From assembly GCF_009914755.1 (NCBI RefSeq), contig NC_060929.1: a stretch of 64,000 bases of DNA. One strand, written 5' to 3'. This document shows positions 58,049 through 64,000 of this stretch, one piece after another. This stretch comes from the human T2T-CHM13v2.0 reference genome, Homo sapiens. Each line of letters starts with the position of its first letter. Position 1 is the stretch's first letter. The position numbers were made by a program, and so were the translations under genes. The notes beneath the pieces are model-generated. The model was not told the DNA's origin. It saw only the letters and a list, made by a program, of their open reading frames with translations, and searched no databases.

Positions 58049-59355
58049 CTAATATTGATGGGGAGCTCTATTTTTTCTCTCTCTCTCACCAGGGAGAGTT
58101 AGGACATTCCTATTGCCAATCACTCTGCTTATAGTAGGTACAGTGATTCTGGCTTAGGGGCCAGAGAGTCAGGGACATTCGCCTGGGCATTCCAGATGCT
58201 GATTTTGCTATATTTTCTTGAGATGGGTAACCCTGAGAGGGTAGGTGACTTAAATTAACTGTTTACTATTGTCCTTTTTGGCTATTTTTTTTTCCTCTCT
58301 TGCCCTATTTCTATTGTTATAAACTTTAAAGGCTACATTTAAGAGTTGGCTCACAGGTGTTTGAGGCCTTATTGCTGTTTTTGTAGCTTCTTCCTAATGT
58401 CAGGCGGAGATTGAGTAAATAAATGTATCCCCAAGGAGAGCTTGCCCTTCTGGGTAGTCTGGGTCTGCATTAGTATATTCCCTGAATGCCTCAATCAAAT
58501 GATCCTGAAACAAAGAGGAATTTTCACATTTTCCCTGAATTATTTATCTAACCTGTCATAACTGACTGGCTTAATCACACAATTTTTTTCTTTACTTATT
58601 TCCCACAGCACAGGAAGCAGATGACAATATTTGTAAGTCATGACAAGTTAAATCAAAGAATATGGTAAACTTAACAAACTCCTCTATAAATTTTTCTGGA
58701 TTCTCTCAAAACTGTCCAGATTTTTCCTTGTATACAGCTAAATTAGACATAGAAAATGGCATAAGTATTCAAGTGTTTCCTCACTTCCTTTAGCTACCTT
58801 CCACAATGGACACAGGTTTGACTTTAGGGACTGATATGGGGCCCACTTCTGGTGATACTGGTTGGTCTTACTTTCTTGGAAAGCAGGAGGTACAGGTTGG
58901 GGCTAGTTGATTAAGGGGTAGGTTGTTCTGATGACCTTGGGATGGAATCCTTCATTAAAGAACTGCTTGGACCCCCCTCAGAATTGGAGGAATGAGGAGA
59001 CCCTGCAGAGGGTGTAGGCGTTTCAAAGGGAGCAGCTAGGAAGGCATCCCTTAGGCATGGATTTCTGGTGCCCAGAAGTAATGTGAGCCAGTAAAGGGCC
59101 ATAAAAGCCTGTACGTAAGGGACCTCTTCCCATTTTCCTTCTTATTTACAAAGTAAGTCAAATAGTAACATGCCATCATATCATATAGAACCATATTTAG
59201 GACTAATCTATTGATTTTTTAATTTTTATTGAATCCAAATGGTGTTGCAATAGACAAATGAGTTTATTTTTCTTTAAACTGAATTTGAATTTGCTCCAAA
59301 AGCCTAAAGGATACACTAGTGACTAGTCCTCTGGGGTGCTTCTCATTGTCTCCAT
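58049..59355 (-). pseudogene. Decayed gamma-like gag (MA, CA with MHR, NC knuckle)
   Basis: ATG at 59355; EGKWEEVPYVQAFMALY; MPFSMSNL...ENPEKFIEEF; QGKCENSSLFQDHLIEAFREYT; TQSPPDIRKKLQK; CTYYKQSDWQ*EC. Confidence 0.85.
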
Positions 59356-59762
59356 GACTAACAATTTTTATTAGGGGCAGAATTTTCCTAAGTCTAGCAA
59401 GAAGGAAAGCAACTGGGCCTTTGCTATTTTTTCCTTTTAATCTTCCACCTTCTATAACATATAGAGGGCAATGTGTTACAAAAGTGCATTGTGAGCTACA
59501 AATGAAGAGTTGGATGTTGAGCCTAAATTCCTTAGAGAGCAAGGATTGGGCAGAGAGGGGCTAAATAAATGTTGACTGTGGAAGGGTGGAAAGAAAGTGG
59601 CAAACAGCATTGCCCAAGGGGACATCTCAGAGGCTCTGACTTGCCAGCAAAGCTACCAAGTAGTGGAGACACCAAAAAAAATTCGGATGGCAACAGGTCT
59701 ACAACTATAGGGGGCTGTTCCTCAGGCCAAGAGTCTGGGAACTCCTAACTCCCACTGTCTTC

Positions 59763-59780
59763 ATCACTTCATGGTTGCTA
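59763..59780 (-). promoter_or_regulatory. Decayed primer-binding site (tRNA-Arg-like)
   Basis: TAGCAACCATGAAGTGAT just after the 5' LTR; 13/18 match to TGGCGACCACGAAGGGAC. Confidence 0.55.
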
Positions 59781-59783
59781 GAA

Positions 59784-60702
59784 GGTGGAGGATGGGCATG
59801 CCCCCAAATTAGGGCTTCACTCAGGAAAGAATTTAAGGGTGAGCCAGTGGTGTTAAACAGCAAGTTTTACTGAAGCGGCAATGTATAGCAGCAGCAGAGG
59901 TACTGCTCCTATGGAGCAGGGCTACCCCATAGGCAGTGTGCCCAGAGAAGCAGCTCAGAGGCAGTTCTGCCGTCACATTTATACCAACTTCCAATCATAT
60001 GCAAATTAATGGGAAGTTTATGCTGAACTTATTAGGATGAGGGTCATGATGGTTAATACTGAGTGTCGAGTTGATTAGATTGAAGGATGCAAACTGTTGA
60101 TCCTGGGTGTGTCTGTGAGGGTGTTGCCAAAGGTGATTAACATTTGAGTCAGTGGGCTGGGAAAGGAGACCTACCCCTAATCTGGGTGAGCATCATCCAA
60201 TCAGCTGCCAGCGTGGCTCAAATATAAAACAGACAGAAAAATATGAAAGGACTAGACTAGCCTAGCCTCCCAGCCTACATCTTTCTCCCGTGCTGGATGC
60301 TTCTGCCCCCAAACATCTGACTCCAAGTTCTTCAGTTTTAGGGCTTTGACTGGCTCTTCTTGATCCTCAGCTTTCCGATGGCCTATTGTGGGCCCTTGTG
60401 ATTGTGTGAGTTAATATTTAATAAACTCCCCTTTATATATATATATACCTACTCCATTAGTTCTGTCCCTCTAGAGAACCCTGACTGATACAAGGGTGGT
60501 AACTTTTGGGTTGTCAAATCATTGCCATGGAAAAGGGCAGTAAGTTCCTGGTGTTGCCATGGTAATGACAAACTGACATGACATACTGGTGGGCCTGTCT
60601 TCTGAGGAGGTGCTCCTGTCCCAGACCTGTTTTAGACCTAGTTCTCAATTTGGTCCAGTGTCAGAGACCTGCCTCTGGAGTTAAGCTCTACCTCATACCT
60701 CA
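59784..60702 (-). mobile_element. 5' LTR (MER66-like), interrupted by MLT2A
   Basis: Colinear with 54790-55275 on both sides of the insert; 22-bp deletion between ggctt repeats. Confidence 0.85.
60045..60492 (+). mobile_element. MLT2A1/MLT2A2 solo LTR (HERV-L)
   Basis: gatggttaatactgagtgtc...ttctgtccctctagagaaccctgactgataca; 5-bp TSD agggt at 60040-60044 and 60493-60497. Confidence 0.93.
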
Positions 60703-61310
60703 GATAGGTATTCTAAAAATTCTCTTATACAAATTTGCACCTCTGTGCTTTTTTTCTTTCTTTCTATTTTTTTAAACTTTTTTTTTCCAGCCTGTCAAAT
60801 ACGCATGATGATTGAGCTTCAGGAAACTTTTTGGATCAAGAGGTTTTTTTAGGAAATATATTTTTGAAGCTGATTTATAAATACAATAAAGCAGATAGAA
60901 GAATGCTGGATCTCTCTAGAAACCACCATATGAGCCCTGGACTGCTAACTTCAGAATATTTTTTATGTGATTGAAAAATTAATTTGTATTTTTTCAACAG
61001 TTTTCTGTTATATGTACCTGACCCCAATGCTAAATGTTATGTCTTCCCACTCCTTCCTTTACTTCTTCTCTGCCCCTGGTACATGTAAACACAGACACAC
61101 ACATAAAGGAAAACATTCTGGTAAACTGAAATCAATTCATATATAAAAGCCAGTTTTGTGCATCTCATCCCAAATATGCATTCAGTAACATCAGAGATGG
61201 TGGGCAATGATACCAAAGAACTTAGCAAACATAGTAAATCTTATTGTTTTTTATTTTTATAGTTTTAAACACAGACAACAGTTGTTAAACCCAGCAGAAT
61301 TCTGTGCGTG

Positions 61311-61353
61311 TACACACACGTGCACAGACACACACACAGACACACAACACACA
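61311..61353. repeat. Imperfect (CA)n
   Basis: acacacacgtgcacagacacacacacagacacacaacacac. Confidence 0.8.
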
Positions 61354-62112
61354 TTCCCCAAAAGCTGCAGTAGACAATCCTGGTTTTTAGAGGTTATTTT
61401 GCCACTTGATTTTTTTCATTCTATTCTTTTCTGTCAGAAGACGATGCATCCATCTTCTGTTCACGTCACTGTAGCAATGTCTGCTTAGTAAACATCAACT
61501 TATTTTTCAAAATCCTCTATAAAAATAGTCACTTTATAAGACCTTTCCATATTGAACCACTCATATAAGAGTTAAATTCACCCTCCTTGTTCTCATCTTG
61601 AAATTTCTTTGTGCCACTACGTTGCTCATTAGAGTTTTTAGTTGCATTATTATCCTCCCACACCCCTGTCAGTAAGTTGAGATCTCCTGGAGGGCAGAAA
61701 AGTCTATCATTCTTTTTACATCACTCAATTCATTGCCTTCAGTTGAAACTGAACAAAACTTTGCGAGATTAATTGGCCTCATTATGAGTTTGGAAGCATC
61801 TGAGGATGAAGGATATTTTATTACTTTTCTTAGAGCTCTCTAATGTAGGCCAGATTTTATAGTACAGAAAGTGTATTTTTGTTATTGTTGTTATTATCAT
61901 TTTATTTTATCTAAATGTTTCAAATGGTGAATTGATATTATACAGCATACATTTTTAATATAAGACTCATTAAACACATTGATCTATAAATTCACTTTCT
62001 CTGACTTATGAAGTGTTCTAGTTCATTTTTGTCTCATTTCAAATGTATGATTTAAGTTTACACATGCACTGTGTGATTATGAAATAAGAGCTGATAATAT
62101 TCAGAAAATTAT

Positions 62113-62857
62113 CCTTGTACACTGTCTGCGGATGTGTAAATTAGGAAAGCCATTATGGAAAACTGTTGGGGGTTCCACTAAAAATTAAAACTATAAATGC
62201 TATATGATCCAGCAATCTCACTCCTGAATATACACTAAAAAAACTGAATCACTGTATTGAAGAGATAGCTGCACTCACATGTTCATTGCCCCATTATTCA
62301 CAATAGCCAAGGTATGGAATCAACCTGAGTGTCCATAAAAGGATGAATCAGTAAGGAAAATATGATATGTATATGTCATACTATTCAGCCATAAAAAGGA
62401 AATTCTGTCATTTATCACATGAATAAGCCTAGAAGACATTATGTTAAGTGAACTAACCCAGACACAGAAAGACAAACATTCTGCAATCTCACTCATATGG
62501 AGAATCTTAAAAAACTGAACTTAAAGAAGCAGAGAGTAGAATGGTGGCGACTAAGGGTTGGGGGGGAGGAAGGGACATTGGGGTGATGTTTGTCAATGAG
62601 ACAAAATTTCAGTAAGGAGGAATAAGTCCCAAAGACTTATTGTATTGCCTGGTTACTACAGTTAATAAAATTTATTGCATATTTGACAATTGCTAAAAGA
62701 GTAGATTTTAAGTTTTACTACTGCAAAAAATACTATGTGAGATAATACATATACCAATCAGCATGTTTTAGCCATTCCACAATGTATACATATTTCAAGA
62801 CATTCTGCGATATACAATAAATAATTTGTATTTATCAATTAAAAGAAAGAAAAAAAG
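62113..62857 (+). mobile_element. L1MA 3' end
   Basis: tatgatccagcaatctcactcctg, ggtatggaatcaacctgagtgtcc, gctaaaagagtagatttt, tagccattccacaatgtatacat, A-tail. Confidence 0.9.
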
Positions 62858-63039
62858 TCTTTTCTTCATGTTACTTAATTTTATACTGTATTTCCTAAGC
62901 AATTATTAAAAAGTCTTAAAATAGGTTAAGCAAATATTTGATAACGTTGTATATTGTGTACTAATTCTGTGTTGTATGACAAGCAACATTTTTTTTTCTG
63001 ACTCAAGTTATTTGTTGCCTTGGTGGTAACAAACTACAT

Positions 63040-63265
63040 CCAAACCATAACACTGGTGTAAACAAACCTATAGCACTGCCAGTCATGCACAAGTATAGCA
63101 CATATAATTATGTACAACACATGAAATGTGATGAGGATAAATGACTATAATATTGGTCTAGGTATTTACTGTACTGTATTTATTATTTTTATTTTAGAGT
63201 GTACTTTTTCTACAAAAAATTAGTTAACTGTAAACAGTCTCAGGCAGGTCTTTCAGGAGGTATTC
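63040..63265 (-). mobile_element. Tigger3(b) distal fragment, inverted relative to the Tigger3b at 63455
   Basis: ctggtgtaaacaaacct...gcactgccagtc...aagtatagcacat...ctcaggcaggtctttcaggaggtattc. Confidence 0.8.
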
Positions 63266-63454
63266 AGCATGTTTTAGCCATTCCATAATATATACATATT
63301 TCAAAACATTCTGTTATATGCTATAAGTAATTTTTATGGTTTTTCATCTCCTTAGTAGGACAAACTAATGTTTTAATTCATTTAGTTAGAATACAGGTAA
63401 ACCCATGTAAATACATAAATGCATATGTAGACAATTTACTTCAGATATTAAAAC

Positions 63455-64000
63455 AGAGTTTTGCATCACTTCAGGAACAGGATATGATCTGAGAGAGGTA
63501 TCATTAAGTGATTTCGTCATTATGCAAACCATAGAGCAACCATAGAGCTTGCAACACACCTAGGCTATATGTCATCTATTGCTCCTAGGCTAAATACCTG
63601 GATGTCATGTTACTCTACTGAATACTGTAGGCAATTATAACACAATGGTAAGTGTTTGTATATCTGAACATATATAAACATAGAAAAAGCACAGTAAAAA
63701 TATGGTACAAAATATTTTTTAAATGGTACTTCTGTATAGGAGACTCAGCATAAATGGGACTTGCAGGACTGTTAGTGAGTGAGTGGTGTGAGTGAGTGAG
63801 TCAGTAAGTGAATGTGAAGGGCCAGAACATTACTGCATGCTACTCTAGACTTTATAAACAGTGTTCACTTAGGCTACACTAAATTTATTAAAATATTTAT
63901 TTTTCTGTATTCAATAGAAAATTAATCTTAGCTTATGCGACATTTTTACCTTATAAATTTTTTAACTTTTTAACTCTTTTGTAATAACAGCTTAAAACAC
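63455..64000 (+). mobile_element. Tigger3b (Golem) DNA transposon, runs off the window end
   Basis: cacacctaggctatat...ctattgctcctaggcta, actgaatactgtaggcaatt, cacttaggctacactaaatttatt. Confidence 0.88.

Overview
Primate (human-like) AT-rich, gene-poor genomic DNA made largely of transposable elements: L1PA/L1M LINEs, about 11 Alus, MIR/L2 relics, DNA transposons (MER20, MER3, MARNA, Tigger3), MaLR elements and ERV solo LTRs (MER31, MER11, MER65, MER57, MER67-like, MER52, MLT2A). It also holds one two-LTR, pol-less MER66-type provirus (54790-60702, minus) whose decayed env TM resembles ERVV-1/ERVV-2. I found no intact protein-coding gene, rRNA, tRNA or CRISPR array. The listed ORFs are L1 ORF2 fragments, repeat-derived frames or chance frames. 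I did not find a convincing new biological system. The best oddities are: an L1 flanked by an ~85-90 bp duplication; a leader-like segment repeated downstream of gag in the provirus; a two-donor templated insertion near 63 kb; a self-complementary 28-bp minisatellite plus several near-perfect palindromes; and a CpG-retaining LTR next to an exon-like unique island at 50.3-52.9 kb. Repeat family names come from my recall of consensus sequences, not from a database search, so subfamily calls and boundaries are approximate.
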